Origin: an uncultured bacterium
GTDB taxonomy: Bacteria > Omnitrophota > Gorgyraeia > Duberdicusellales > CBEUCJ01
Assembly: GCA_965541615.1 (NCBI GenBank)
Contig: CBEUCJ010000001.1
Span: 259,754 to 323,753, forward strand
Direction: 5' to 3'
Length of the DNA stretch: 64,000 nucleotides
The position numbers and the translations under genes are program-made. Shown one piece after another: positions 1-9,468 of this stretch. Position 1 is the first letter of the stretch. Each line of letters begins with the position of its first letter. The notes beneath the pieces are model-generated. The model made no database searches and was not told the DNA's origin. It worked only from the letters and a program-made list of their open reading frames with translations.

Positions 1-1
1 T

Positions 2-1072
2 CAAATTAAGTTTTTACCTCTAATTCAGATTTGTTCTGTTTTGGGTGCTTATTCAGTTTCTTTTTTGATAATCTTTTCCAATCTTTTTTTGTATTTGTGT
101 TTTAAAAAAAATAAAAAATACCATATTCTTATCTTATTCTTTTTAATCGGCTTTATATACATTTATGGATTATTTGTGTTAGATAAATTTAAGGAGAGTG
201 ATAAACATTTAAAGTTAGGTCTAATTCAGCCCAACATTCCTATAGAGATGAAGTTAGACGATTCTAAAAAAGTTTTAGTTTATGAAAGAATAAAAACTCA
301 GCTACTAAAATTAAAAGATAAAGATTTAGATTTAATAATTTTACCTGAGACAGCTATTCCTGGAATTATAAATGAAGATGAGATTTTTTTAAATGATTTG
401 AAAAAAATCTGTAAAACTGAGAGATTAAATGTACTTACAGGTATTTTTTTAAAAGAAGCGCGCTCTTATTACAATGCAGCTGTTCTTATAGATAAAAAAG
501 GGAGTTTAGCTCAAATCTATAAAAAAATAAAGTTAGTCCCTTTTGGGGAATACACACCTTTAAAAAGATTCTTTCCCTTTTTGAAAAAAATAACTCCTTT
601 TGTAGATTTGGTCCCTGGCAAAGATTATTCAGTATTTGATCTTAAAGATTTTAGATTCATTTGTCTTATCTGTTTTGAAGATACATTTCCAAGGTTTGTT
701 AAAGAATTTGTAAAAAAGAACAGAAATATAGATTTCTTAGTAGAGATTACAAATGATGCTTGGTTCAAAAGCAAAGTTCAACTCTATCAGCATTTGAGTT
801 CTTCGGTATTTAGAAGTATAGAAAATAGATTGCCTGCTTTAAGGAGTGCAAATACAGGCATAAGTTGTTTGATTCTACCTACAGGAAAAGTTTTAAAAAA
901 ATTAAGAGAGTTTACACAAGGAGAATTAATCGTAAATTTTCCTTTGATCAAAAAAAATTCTCAAATTAATGGTTCTTTTCTTTTTATTTTCTTTACATTT
1001 GGTTCATTTTTAATAATACTGATTCAAAAAACAGAAAAGGAGGTGAAGAGGTATGGAGATTTTAACCATTAA
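2..1072 (+). CDS. lnt: Apolipoprotein N-acyltransferase (CN-hydrolase domain plus C-terminal TM helix). 5' end truncated by the window edge: the reading frame is open back to nt 2.
   Basis: LGLIQPNIPIEMK...LIILPETAIPG CN-hydrolase core; hydrophobic N- and C-termini; no in-frame stop upstream of 41. Confidence 0.7.
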   Translation, partial: QIKFLPLIQICSVLGAYSVSFLIIFSNLFLYLCFKKNKKYHILILFFLIGFIYIYGLFVLDKFKESDKHLKLGLIQPNIPIEMKLDDSKKVLVYERIKTQLLKLKDKDLDLIILPETAIPGIINEDEIFLNDLKKICKTERLNVLTGIFLKEARSYYNAAVLIDKKGSLAQIYKKIKLVPFGEYTPLKRFFPFLKKITPFVDLVPGKDYSVFDLKDFRFICLICFEDTFPRFVKEFVKKNRNIDFLVEITNDAWFKSKVQLYQHLSSSVFRSIENRLPALRSANTGISCLILPTGKVLKKLREFTQGELIVNFPLIKKNSQINGSFLFIFFTFGSFLIILIQKTEKEVKRYGDFNH

Positions 1073-1535
1073 AGTAAAAAAGCCAGAAGATGTAAACATA
1101 ATCATAGGTCAAGCTCATTTTATAAAAACAGTTGAAGATTTATATGAAATTTTAATTACAAGTTCTCCTTCTTTAAAGTTTGGAATAGCCTTTTGTGAAG
1201 CATCAGGTCCTTGTCTTATAAGGTATGAAGGAAATGATGAGGAATTAATAAAAATAGCTATAGAAAATGCAAAGGAGATTGGAGCAGGTCACTTATTCTT
1301 TATAGCTTTAAGAAATGGTTTTCCTATAAATATTTTAAACCAAATAAAGATGTGCCAAGAGGTCTGTAGAATACTCTGTGCAAGTGCTAATCCTGTAGAA
1401 GTAATCGTAGCTCAATTAGAGAATAGAAGGGGCATTTTAGGAGTAATAGATGGGTTTTCTCCTAAAGGAGTAGAATCTGATTCAGATATTCAAAAGAGAA
1501 AAGAGTTTTTGAGAAAGATAGGCTATAAAAGATAA
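1053..1535 (+). CDS. Adenosine-specific kinase family protein (PF04008-like, about 160 aa)
   Basis: VNIIIGQAHFIKTVEDL ... FCEASGP ... IGAGHLF ... GVIDGFSP motifs typical of this small family; overlaps lnt stop by 20 nt. Confidence 0.5.
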   Translation: MEILTIKVKKPEDVNIIIGQAHFIKTVEDLYEILITSSPSLKFGIAFCEASGPCLIRYEGNDEELIKIAIENAKEIGAGHLFFIALRNGFPINILNQIKMCQEVCRILCASANPVEVIVAQLENRRGILGVIDGFSPKGVESDSDIQKRKEFLRKIGYKR

Positions 1536-1539
1536 AAAC

Positions 1540-1568
1540 TTGCTAAGAAAGGTTTGAGTTGTTATAAT
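1540..1568 (+). promoter_or_regulatory. Candidate sigma70 promoter TTGCTA-N17-TATAAT upstream of the lpxL-like operon
   Basis: hexamers read directly from the sequence; a 37 nt gap follows before ATG 1606. Confidence 0.35.
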
Positions 1569-1605
1569 TTAAAAAATTCTTAAGAAGTTTATATGAAAAT
1601 ATTTC

Positions 1606-2532
1606 ATGGCAAAAGGAGGTGTTTTAAAAAAGAGTAGGTATTTTATAGGATGGATACTTTTTAAGACAAGCTCTTTGATAATAGGATATTTACCTTTAAA
1701 ACTTATCCATAAGATTTCAAATTTATTAGGGATATTAGGTTTCTATTTAGCAAAAAAATTTAGAAAAGTAAGTTTGGAATCTTTAAATATAGCTTTTGGA
1801 GATAAACTTTCAGATAGAGAAAAAAAGAAGTTAATAAAAGCTACTCTTAAAAATTTTGCAAGATTAATTTTAGAGAATTTTGCTTTTTTTAAGAGGCCTC
1901 ATCTTATAAAAAAGTATGTTAAAGTAAAAGGTCTTGAGAATTTGAGAGAAGCTTTAGGTCAAAGAAAAGGGGTTATAGGTTTAACTGCTCATTTTGGAAA
2001 TTTCCCTTTGCTATGTGTAAGATTAAGTTCTTTGGGATTCAAGATAAATGTATTAGCCAGACCCATGAGAGATTCAAGGATGGATAGAGAAGTAACAAAT
2101 ATGAGAGAAAGATTTAGAGTGAGGACGATTTACAGTTATCCTAAAGATACAGCTGTAAAAAATTCTTTGCAAGCTTTAAGGAGAAATGAACTTCTTATAA
2201 TTCAAATGGATCAAAATTTTGGAACAGGAGGAGTAGAAGTAGAATTCTTTGGCAAAAAAGCTGCCACTCCTAGAGGTCCTATAGTATTTGCTTTGAGAGC
2301 TAATTCACCTGTTGTGCCTATGTTTATAATAAGAGATAAGAAGAATCCTTTATTTCAAGAAATAGTAATAGAAAGACCTTATTATTTAAAAAAAGATAAA
2401 GATTTGCAGACTGCTATTTTTGAATATGTACAAAAATTTACGAATTTAACAGAAGATTACATTAAAAGATATCCAGACCACTGGAGTTGGATGCATAAGA
2501 GATGGAAGTCTAAAGCTACTAAAAGGAGGTGA
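1606..2532 (+). CDS. Lipid A biosynthesis (Kdo2-lipid IVA) acyltransferase, LpxL/HtrB/LPLAT family
   Basis: N-terminal TM; AHFGNFP...D acyltransferase HX4D-type motif; length about 308 aa. Confidence 0.7.
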   Translation: MAKGGVLKKSRYFIGWILFKTSSLIIGYLPLKLIHKISNLLGILGFYLAKKFRKVSLESLNIAFGDKLSDREKKKLIKATLKNFARLILENFAFFKRPHLIKKYVKVKGLENLREALGQRKGVIGLTAHFGNFPLLCVRLSSLGFKINVLARPMRDSRMDREVTNMRERFRVRTIYSYPKDTAVKNSLQALRRNELLIIQMDQNFGTGGVEVEFFGKKAATPRGPIVFALRANSPVVPMFIIRDKKNPLFQEIVIERPYYLKKDKDLQTAIFEYVQKFTNLTEDYIKRYPDHWSWMHKRWKSKATKRR

Positions 2533-2535
2533 AAG

Positions 2536-2799
2536 ATGACAGAAGAAAGAAAAGAGGAGCAAATTCAAGAAAAGCAAGAGGAAACCAAAAAAGAACCAGA
2601 AGAATTAAAAGAAGAAAAAGAGGAAAAGAAAGAGGTCTTTAAAACAGCTTTAAAGATAGTCTTAGGTCTTATCTTGATAGGTGTTGGTATCTGGGCTATT
2701 ATTGGTTGGTGGCATGATCTTTTAACTGTTTTTAAAGGTTGCATAGGATTGTTCCTTATCTTGGCAGGAGCTATCACTATCGCTATAGCTAGAGAATAA
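2536..2799 (+). CDS. Small membrane protein with acidic K/E-rich N-terminus and two C-terminal TM helices
   Basis: ORF follows lpxL-like after 3 nt; hydrophobic C-terminal half. Confidence 0.45.
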   Translation: MTEERKEEQIQEKQEETKKEPEELKEEKEEKKEVFKTALKIVLGLILIGVGIWAIIGWWHDLLTVFKGCIGLFLILAGAITIAIARE

Positions 2800-2811
2800 A
2801 ATTAATTTTTT

Positions 2812-3702
2812 ATGAAGATTGGTTTAGCTTTAGGAGGGGGAGGAGCTAAATCCCTCTCCTTTATTTCTATTTTAGAGTTCTTTGAAAAATATAATATAAA
2901 TGTAGACATAATGAGTGGAGTCTCCATGGGAGCAGTAATAGGAGCTCTCTATGGGTTTTTTAAAAATGCTCATGTTTGCAAACTCAAGTTAAAACAGTAT
3001 TTAGATAAGAAAGAGATAAAAGAATTAAAATTTTTAAGTTCTAATCCTATTAAAGAAAGATTTCAAATTTTGGAGAGATCATTTGAGTTTGTAAAAAAGT
3101 TTTATCTATGGAATATAAAACTAATAAAAAAATCTGTCTTAGATCCCAAACCTTTTATAAAGATATTTAAAGAAGTATTCGATGGATTAGAATTCTGTGA
3201 TCTAAAGATACCTTTGAAGGTTATATGTGCAGATTTGAAAACAGGCCTTCCTGTAGTAATAGATCAAGGAAAATTAGTCTCTGCATTGTTAGCTAGTTGC
3301 AGTCTGCCTGGCATTTTCCCTCCATACAATAATTTAATAGATGGAGGAGTAATCACTACCTGTCCTACAGAATTTATAAGAAAAGATTGTGATTTTTTGA
3401 TAGCTTTGAACTGTAAAATAGATTTAGAAGAAACAGAGTTTAAAGATGGTTTGAGTATTTTGTTCAGGGCAGATTTAATAAGGCAAAAGAGGATATTAGA
3501 TAACTCTTTGGAAAAAGCAGATTTTGTTTTTGAACCTGAGGTTTCAAAATTTAATTGGGTAGATTTTGAAAAAATAGAAGAAATTTTAGAGGCAGGTAAA
3601 GTAGAAGCAGAAAAAAATATGGAGAATTTAATAAATGCTATGAAAAAGAAAAAAAGAAAAAGGTTTTTATGGAGGTGGTTAAATTATGGTAGAAAAGATT
3701 AA
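2812..3702 (+). CDS. Patatin-like phospholipase
   Basis: GLALGGGGAKS oxyanion motif; GVSMG (GxSxG) serine nucleophile; DGG catalytic Asp motif. Confidence 0.8.
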   Translation: MKIGLALGGGGAKSLSFISILEFFEKYNINVDIMSGVSMGAVIGALYGFFKNAHVCKLKLKQYLDKKEIKELKFLSSNPIKERFQILERSFEFVKKFYLWNIKLIKKSVLDPKPFIKIFKEVFDGLEFCDLKIPLKVICADLKTGLPVVIDQGKLVSALLASCSLPGIFPPYNNLIDGGVITTCPTEFIRKDCDFLIALNCKIDLEETEFKDGLSILFRADLIRQKRILDNSLEKADFVFEPEVSKFNWVDFEKIEEILEAGKVEAEKNMENLINAMKKKKRKRFLWRWLNYGRKD

Positions 3703-5059
3703 GTCTCTTATCTCTGAATACGCTATAAGAAAAATATTTTACTTACTTCCTAAATTTTCTAAAAATACTCTTATAAAAATGACTTATTTAGCAGAAAAGG
3801 TACTAACCAAACATGATCCCTTAGTTTTGGCAGCTATTAGGGAGGTGAGGAGGTATTTCAAAGAAGATCATCCAAGTTTGAAATTGGCTGAAAGAATCCA
3901 TAAGGAATTAGATAAAAATGTTTTAAATAAGTTAGTTCAAAACCTTTTTATAAATGCAATGTTTAAAGGAGTAGATAAATGTAAGATATTTTCTCAAAGA
4001 TATGGTTTTGAACCCCCTTGGTTTATGGTCATATCTCCTACTATGAAATGTAACTTAAATTGTAAAGGGTGTTCTACAAGATTATATTCTAAAGATGAAG
4101 ATCTACCTTATGAACTTTTAGATAGAATCTTAACAGAAGCTAAGGAAGAGATGGGTATGCATTTTATAGTCACTCAAGGAGGAGAGATGTTCTGTTACAA
4201 AGACATCTGGAGACTATGGGAAAAACATCAAGATGTTTATTTTCAAGTCTATACAAATGGAACCTTAATAGATAGAAGCACTGCAAAGAGACTAAGAGAA
4301 TTAGGAAACATAGCTCCCATGATAAGTATAGAGGGATTTGAACCGGAAACTGATTCAAGGAGAGGAAAAGGAGTTTATAAAAAAATTATGCAAGCTATGG
4401 ATAATTTAAAAAAAGAAGGAGTCTTTTTTGGAGCTTCTGTTACTCATACAAGAGAAAATCATAACTTAGTTACTTCTTTTGAATTCATAGATATGCTTTT
4501 AAAAAAAGGATGTTTTGTAGTCTGGTATTTTCAGTTTATGCCTGTAGGTAAAGACCCTAATTTTGAATTAACTCCTACTCCTTTCCAAAGATTAGAGTTA
4601 AAAAGATTTATAGATAAAGTAAGAGCTAGTCGTCCCATATTTATAGGAGATTTCTGGAATGATGGTCCTTATGTAGGAGGATGTATAGCTGCTGGAAGGA
4701 GGTATTTACATATAAACCATAAAGGAGATATTGAACCTTGTGCATTTGTACATTTTGCAACTGATAACATAAAAGAAAAAACATTAATAGAAGCTTTACA
4801 ATCACCATTTTTTAAGTTTATAAGAGAAAGGATTCCTTACTCTGAGAATCTCTTTGCTCCTTGTATGATAATAGATAATCCTCATATTTTAAGGAGTGCT
4901 GTAAAATTAACAGGAGCTAAACCCACTCATCAAGGAGCTGAGAAACTCTTAGAAGGCAAGTTAAGAGAAAAGATAGATGAGTATTGCAGAATCTGGCACA
5001 AGATCTCTAAACCTGAATGGGAAGCTTGGAAAAGAGAAAGAGCTTTATGTGTTAAGTAA
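3686..5059 (+). CDS. Radical SAM enzyme with an N-terminal extension of about 115 aa and a C-terminal SPASM/twitch-like Cys cluster
   Basis: CNLNCKGC (CxxxCxxC); TQGGEMF GGE motif; C-terminal GGC...PC...C cysteines; 17 nt overlap with patatin. Confidence 0.75.
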   Translation: MVEKIKSLISEYAIRKIFYLLPKFSKNTLIKMTYLAEKVLTKHDPLVLAAIREVRRYFKEDHPSLKLAERIHKELDKNVLNKLVQNLFINAMFKGVDKCKIFSQRYGFEPPWFMVISPTMKCNLNCKGCSTRLYSKDEDLPYELLDRILTEAKEEMGMHFIVTQGGEMFCYKDIWRLWEKHQDVYFQVYTNGTLIDRSTAKRLRELGNIAPMISIEGFEPETDSRRGKGVYKKIMQAMDNLKKEGVFFGASVTHTRENHNLVTSFEFIDMLLKKGCFVVWYFQFMPVGKDPNFELTPTPFQRLELKRFIDKVRASRPIFIGDFWNDGPYVGGCIAAGRRYLHINHKGDIEPCAFVHFATDNIKEKTLIEALQSPFFKFIRERIPYSENLFAPCMIIDNPHILRSAVKLTGAKPTHQGAEKLLEGKLREKIDEYCRIWHKISKPEWEAWKRERALCVK

Positions 5060-5629
5060 ATGAATCTGTTTCTGAGAAAATCATGGAGATTAGCAGGTTT
5101 AGTATTCCCTATAAGTTATCTTTTTTTAAATAAACATCAAGAGTTAATTTTTTTAGGGAGTATTTTATGTATAGAATTGATAGTAGAATTTTCAAGATTT
5201 TTAAATCCTTCCTTAAATAGATTTTTTTTAAATATATTCAAACACATAATAAAAGAGAAAGAAAAAAAATCTATTTCTTCGACAGGAGTTATGCTTTCAG
5301 TAATATTCTTATGTTTTCTTCTTTTCAAAAAAGAGATAGCTATAATAGCTGTGAGTTTTTCTATTGTAGGTGATGCTTTTTCAGCTCTCATAGGTAAAAG
5401 ATGGGGAGTATTTAAAATTAAAAGTAAGAGTTTAGAAGGGAGTTTGGGGTTCTTTCTTTCTTCTCTTATAATAGGATTTATGTTGAATGTTTTTTTAGTT
5501 TTGCCTATATCTTTAATAATTTGGGCAGCTTTGATTGCAACTTTGGTAGAGTTCTTTACACCTACTTTTCTTAATGATAATATAACAGTTCCTTTTTTGA
5601 CAGCTTTATCTTTAAGATTTATGACATGA
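5060..5629 (+). CDS. CTP-transferase superfamily integral membrane enzyme (CdsA/dolichol-kinase/CarS-like), 189 aa
   Basis: GDAFSALIGKRWG...SLEGSLGFF signature; multiple TM helices; start abuts the radical SAM stop. Confidence 0.55.
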   Translation: MNLFLRKSWRLAGLVFPISYLFLNKHQELIFLGSILCIELIVEFSRFLNPSLNRFFLNIFKHIIKEKEKKSISSTGVMLSVIFLCFLLFKKEIAIIAVSFSIVGDAFSALIGKRWGVFKIKSKSLEGSLGFFLSSLIIGFMLNVFLVLPISLIIWAALIATLVEFFTPTFLNDNITVPFLTALSLRFMT

Positions 5630-6933
5630 ATTTTTTAGATAAGTATTTTAAAATTTCTGAAAGAGGTTCAAATTTGAGAAATGAAATCATAGGTGGTATC
5701 GTTACTTTTATAGCTTCAGCTTACATAATAATAGTTAATCCTGCAATTTTAGAAGCTGGTGGCATTCCAAAAGCACCAGCAGTTACTGCTACTATTCTTA
5801 CTGCTTTTATAGGTACTTTTTTAATGGGTATATATGCAAATAGACCTTTTATGATAGCTCCTTACATGGGAGAGAATGCTTTTATAGCTTATACAGTATG
5901 TAAGACTTTAGGTTACAGTTGGCAGACAGCTTTAGGAGCAGTCTTTATAGGAGGCGTTTTATTTACACTCCTTACTTTACTTAGATTAAGGAGTTGGTTA
6001 GCTAATTCTATCCCCAATTCTTTAAAGTATGCTTTTAGTGCAGGTTTAGGTCTGTTTTTATGTTTCATAGGACTCAATGAAGCAGGTTTAATTAATTTAG
6101 GCACAGAATCAGCTCCTGTAAAGTTAGGGAATTTACATTCACCGCAAGTCTTAATAGCTATTTTTTGTCTTCTTATCATTTCTTTTTTTATAGCTAAAAG
6201 AATAAAAGGAGCAATTTTATTAGGAATACTGACTTCATTTTTGTTAGGAGTTCTATTCAGAGTAATAGAATTTCCTTTACAAATTGTGAGTTTGCCTCCT
6301 TCTCTAAAACCACTCTTTTTAAAGTTAGATATTATAGGAGCTTTAAAATGGGGATTCTTTTCTGTAATCTTAACACTCTTTATTATGGATTTTGTAGATA
6401 CGATTGGAACCTTAATAGGAGTAGGAGCTATAGCTGGCATGTTGGATAACAAAGGAAATTTTCCTGATATTGAAAAACCTATGTTATGTGATGCTTTATC
6501 TACTTGTATAGGAGCTGTTTTGGGAGTTACTACATCTGGTACTTTTATAGAATCAGCAGCAGGAGTAAAAGAAGGTGCCAGAACAGGTCTTGCAAGTATA
6601 ATCACTTCAATCTTATTTTTATTAGCATTATTTTTTTCTCCAATTTTAACTGTTATACCTAGTTACTGTTATGGACCAGCTTTAGTTATCGTAGGGATTT
6701 TAATGACCAAAGCGTTCAAAGATATAAATTTTAAAGATCCTACAGAATTTATTCCAGCAATTTTGGTGATAATTTTTATGTGTTTTACTTATAATATAGG
6801 AGTAGGAGTTACAGCAGGTTTTATTATCTATGTGTTGATAAAATTACTTACAAAGAGATTTGAAGATTTGAATTTAGGAATTCTGTTGTTAGCAGGTTTA
6901 TCTCTCTTGTTTTTTATATTTTATCCTTATTAA
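5626..6933 (+). CDS. NCS2 family purine permease (AzgA/PbuG-like adenine/guanine/hypoxanthine transporter)
   Basis: MNFLDKYFKISERGSNLRNEIIGGIVTFIA N-terminus diagnostic of AzgA family; 12+ TM segments. Confidence 0.8.
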   Translation: MNFLDKYFKISERGSNLRNEIIGGIVTFIASAYIIIVNPAILEAGGIPKAPAVTATILTAFIGTFLMGIYANRPFMIAPYMGENAFIAYTVCKTLGYSWQTALGAVFIGGVLFTLLTLLRLRSWLANSIPNSLKYAFSAGLGLFLCFIGLNEAGLINLGTESAPVKLGNLHSPQVLIAIFCLLIISFFIAKRIKGAILLGILTSFLLGVLFRVIEFPLQIVSLPPSLKPLFLKLDIIGALKWGFFSVILTLFIMDFVDTIGTLIGVGAIAGMLDNKGNFPDIEKPMLCDALSTCIGAVLGVTTSGTFIESAAGVKEGARTGLASIITSILFLLALFFSPILTVIPSYCYGPALVIVGILMTKAFKDINFKDPTEFIPAILVIIFMCFTYNIGVGVTAGFIIYVLIKLLTKRFEDLNLGILLLAGLSLLFFIFYPY

Positions 6934-6934
6934 A

Positions 6935-7519
6935 ATGGGATTCTTAAAAAGGACTTTCATTACAGGATTTTTGGTCTTAGTGCCATTGGTAGTTAGTATT
7001 TATGTAGTTATAGCTGTTTTTAATTTTGCTGACAATTTTTTAGGAGCAATATTAAAGAAAATAGGTTTTTATTTCCCAGGGTTAGGAATATTAATAAGTA
7101 TAGTTATCATTTTCTTAGTAGGAATAATAGGTATTGTATTTAAAGGAAGGGTATTTAGGATATTAGAAGAAATCGTTTCTAAAATTCCTTTGATGAGGCA
7201 GATTTATTCTCCTACAAAACAAATAGTAAATTTTTTAATATCAAAAGAAAAACCTACTTTTAAAAAGGTGGTCTTATTAGAGTATCCCCGCAAAGGGATA
7301 TGGTCTGTAGGTTTTGTTACCAATGAGACGAGCAATATAATAAATAAAAATGTAAATAAAAAATTGATAAATGTTTTTCTGCCATCTACACCTTCTCCTC
7401 TTACAGGAGTATTTTTATTGATTCCAGAAGATGAATTAGTTTATTTAGATATAAGTGTAGAAGAAGCTTTAAAGATGATAGTCTCAGGAGGAGTTTTAAA
7501 TCCAGAGGATTTAAGATGA
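6935..7519 (+). CDS. DUF502 family membrane protein
   Basis: MGFLKRTFITGFLVLVPLVVSIYV N-terminus typical of DUF502. Confidence 0.6.
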   Translation: MGFLKRTFITGFLVLVPLVVSIYVVIAVFNFADNFLGAILKKIGFYFPGLGILISIVIIFLVGIIGIVFKGRVFRILEEIVSKIPLMRQIYSPTKQIVNFLISKEKPTFKKVVLLEYPRKGIWSVGFVTNETSNIINKNVNKKLINVFLPSTPSPLTGVFLLIPEDELVYLDISVEEALKMIVSGGVLNPEDLR

Positions 7520-8436
7520 GAGTCTTAGTTACAGGAGGAGCAGGTTTCATAGGTTCTAATATTGTAAAAGAATTAGAAGATAAAAATGCTAAAGTGAGCG
7601 TTTTGGACGATTTTTCATCAGCTGACTTTAGAAATTTAGAAGGCTTTAAAGGAGAATTAATCATAGGGGATATCTGTGATGAAGAAGTTTTTAAGAAAAT
7701 CCCAAAAGTAGAAATAGTTATTCATCAAGCAGCTGTAACTGATACTACTTTTCCTGATGATAAAAAGATGCTTTTAGTAAACTATGAAGGATTTAAAAAT
7801 GTGTTAAAGTTTTGTGTTAAAAAGAATATTAAAAAGATAGTGTATGCATCTTCAGCAGGAGTTTATGGAAAAGGTCCTGTTCCAATGAAAGAATCACAAA
7901 AACTTGATCCTTTAAACACATACGCTTATTCAAAATTTTTATGTGATAAGAAAGCTAGTGAACTTATGAAGAAAGAAAGATCTTTAAAGATAATAGGTCT
8001 GAGGTATTTTAATGTATATGGAAAAGGAGAAGCTCATAAAGGTAAATCTGCAAGTATGATTTATCAGCTTTATTTACAGATGAAAGATAATAAAAATCCA
8101 AGGATATTCAAATATGGTGAGCAAAAAAGAGATTTTGTTTATGTAAAAGACGTAGTAAAAGTAACTTTAAAAGCTTTAAATTTAAATAAAAGTATCATTC
8201 TAAATGTAGGCACAGGAAATCCAAGGAGTTTTAACGATATAATAAAGATTTTAAATAAATTTTTAAAAAAAGATTTGGAACCAGAATACTTTGATAATCC
8301 TTATGAGAAAGTATACCAAGATTTTACTCAGGCAGATACGAGTTTATTAAAAAAGACTTTAGGATTTATACCTCATACACAGTTAGAGGAAGGGATAAAA
8401 GAGTATTTGATTCTTTTGGGAGAAGCTTTACAATAA
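7516..8436 (+). CDS. hldD: ADP-L-glycero-D-manno-heptose-6-epimerase
   Basis: VTGGAGFIGSN Rossmann; RYFNVYGKGEAHKGKSASM and YQDFTQAD closely parallel E. coli HldD. Confidence 0.75.
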   Translation: MRVLVTGGAGFIGSNIVKELEDKNAKVSVLDDFSSADFRNLEGFKGELIIGDICDEEVFKKIPKVEIVIHQAAVTDTTFPDDKKMLLVNYEGFKNVLKFCVKKNIKKIVYASSAGVYGKGPVPMKESQKLDPLNTYAYSKFLCDKKASELMKKERSLKIIGLRYFNVYGKGEAHKGKSASMIYQLYLQMKDNKNPRIFKYGEQKRDFVYVKDVVKVTLKALNLNKSIILNVGTGNPRSFNDIIKILNKFLKKDLEPEYFDNPYEKVYQDFTQADTSLLKKTLGFIPHTQLEEGIKEYLILLGEALQ

Positions 8437-8464
8437 ACTGAGATTATTCTATAATACAGAGCTT

Positions 8465-9343
8465 ATGAGAAAAGTAAAGATAGCTTTGCCTAAAGGAAGT
8501 TTACAAGAAAAGACATTTGAATTATTTAAAGAAGCTGGTTTTAGAATCTCTGCTCAAGAGAGGTCTTATAAGCTGTATATAAATGATGAAGAATTAGAAC
8601 CTTATTTACTCCGTCCACAAGAAATACCTGTGTACGTAGAGACAGGAGCTTTAGATTGTGGGATTACAGGTTTAGATTGGATAAAAGAGAATGATTCTGA
8701 TGTTTTAGTATTAGGTGAACTATCTTATGCAAAGAAAAGTTATAATAAAGTAAGATGGGTAATAGCAGTTAGAAAAGATTCAAATATAAAAAATCTCAGA
8801 GATTTAGAAGGAAAGATGATCTCCACAGAATTAGTAAATGTTACTAAAAAGTTTTTGAAAAAAAACAAGATAAAAGCAAAGGTAGAATTCAGTTGGGGAG
8901 CTACAGAAGCAAAAGTTGCTGCAGGATTTGTAGATGCTATCGTAGAGTTGACTGAAACTGGAGAATCCTTAAAAGCTAACAATCTAAAAGTAATAGCTGA
9001 AGTTATGGAGTCAGTTACTTGTTTTATAGTTAACAAAAAAGTTTATAAACAAGATATTAAAAAGAAAAAGAAGATAGATTCAGTATACTTACTTTTAAAA
9101 AGTGCCTTAGATGCATTTAATATGGTGCTTATAAAAATGAATGTTGCTAAAAAAAACTTGGAAAAAGTTTTAAAGATTTTACCTGCTTTAAGAAAGCCTA
9201 CAGTTTCTAATCTTTCTGAGAAAGATTGGTTAGCTATAGAGACAGTAGTGAAAAGAGATAAAGTAAAAGATTTGATTCCTTTACTAAAAGAAGCAGGAGC
9301 TCAAGGGATCATAGAGTTTTCTTTAAACAAGTTAGTATATTAA
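8465..9343 (+). CDS. hisG: ATP phosphoribosyltransferase, long form with C-terminal regulatory domain
   Basis: KIALPKGSLQEKTFELFKEAGF; 292 aa. Confidence 0.85.
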   Translation: MRKVKIALPKGSLQEKTFELFKEAGFRISAQERSYKLYINDEELEPYLLRPQEIPVYVETGALDCGITGLDWIKENDSDVLVLGELSYAKKSYNKVRWVIAVRKDSNIKNLRDLEGKMISTELVNVTKKFLKKNKIKAKVEFSWGATEAKVAAGFVDAIVELTETGESLKANNLKVIAEVMESVTCFIVNKKVYKQDIKKKKKIDSVYLLLKSALDAFNMVLIKMNVAKKNLEKVLKILPALRKPTVSNLSEKDWLAIETVVKRDKVKDLIPLLKEAGAQGIIEFSLNKLVY

Positions 9344-9367
9344 AATAAAAAAAATCTGAGGTGAAGT

Positions 9368-9457
9368 ATGCCCTGTGGAAGAAAAAGAAAGTTAAAAAAA
9401 GTAAAAAGACATAAATATAAAAAGAGAAGGAAAGCTCAGAGACACAAGAGAAAGTAA
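9368..9457 (+). CDS. 29-aa extremely basic peptide (MPCGRKRKLKKVKRHKYKKRRKAQRHKRK), possibly a bS22-like small ribosomal protein
   Basis: GAGGTGA RBS 5 nt upstream of the ATG; not in the >=60 aa ORF track; composition resembles bS22/AURKAIP1-type peptides. Confidence 0.35.
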   Translation: MPCGRKRKLKKVKRHKYKKRRKAQRHKRK

Positions 9458-9468
9458 TCTTAAATTTA

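Noticed and set aside
2565-2777. 70-aa minus-strand ORF
   Set aside because: It is antisense to the small K/E-rich membrane protein gene and has no independent support.
5913-6605. 230-aa ORF on the minus strand
   Set aside because: It lies entirely antisense within the well-supported NCS2 permease gene. Its composition is the mirror of a hydrophobic sense gene, and it has no motif or RBS.
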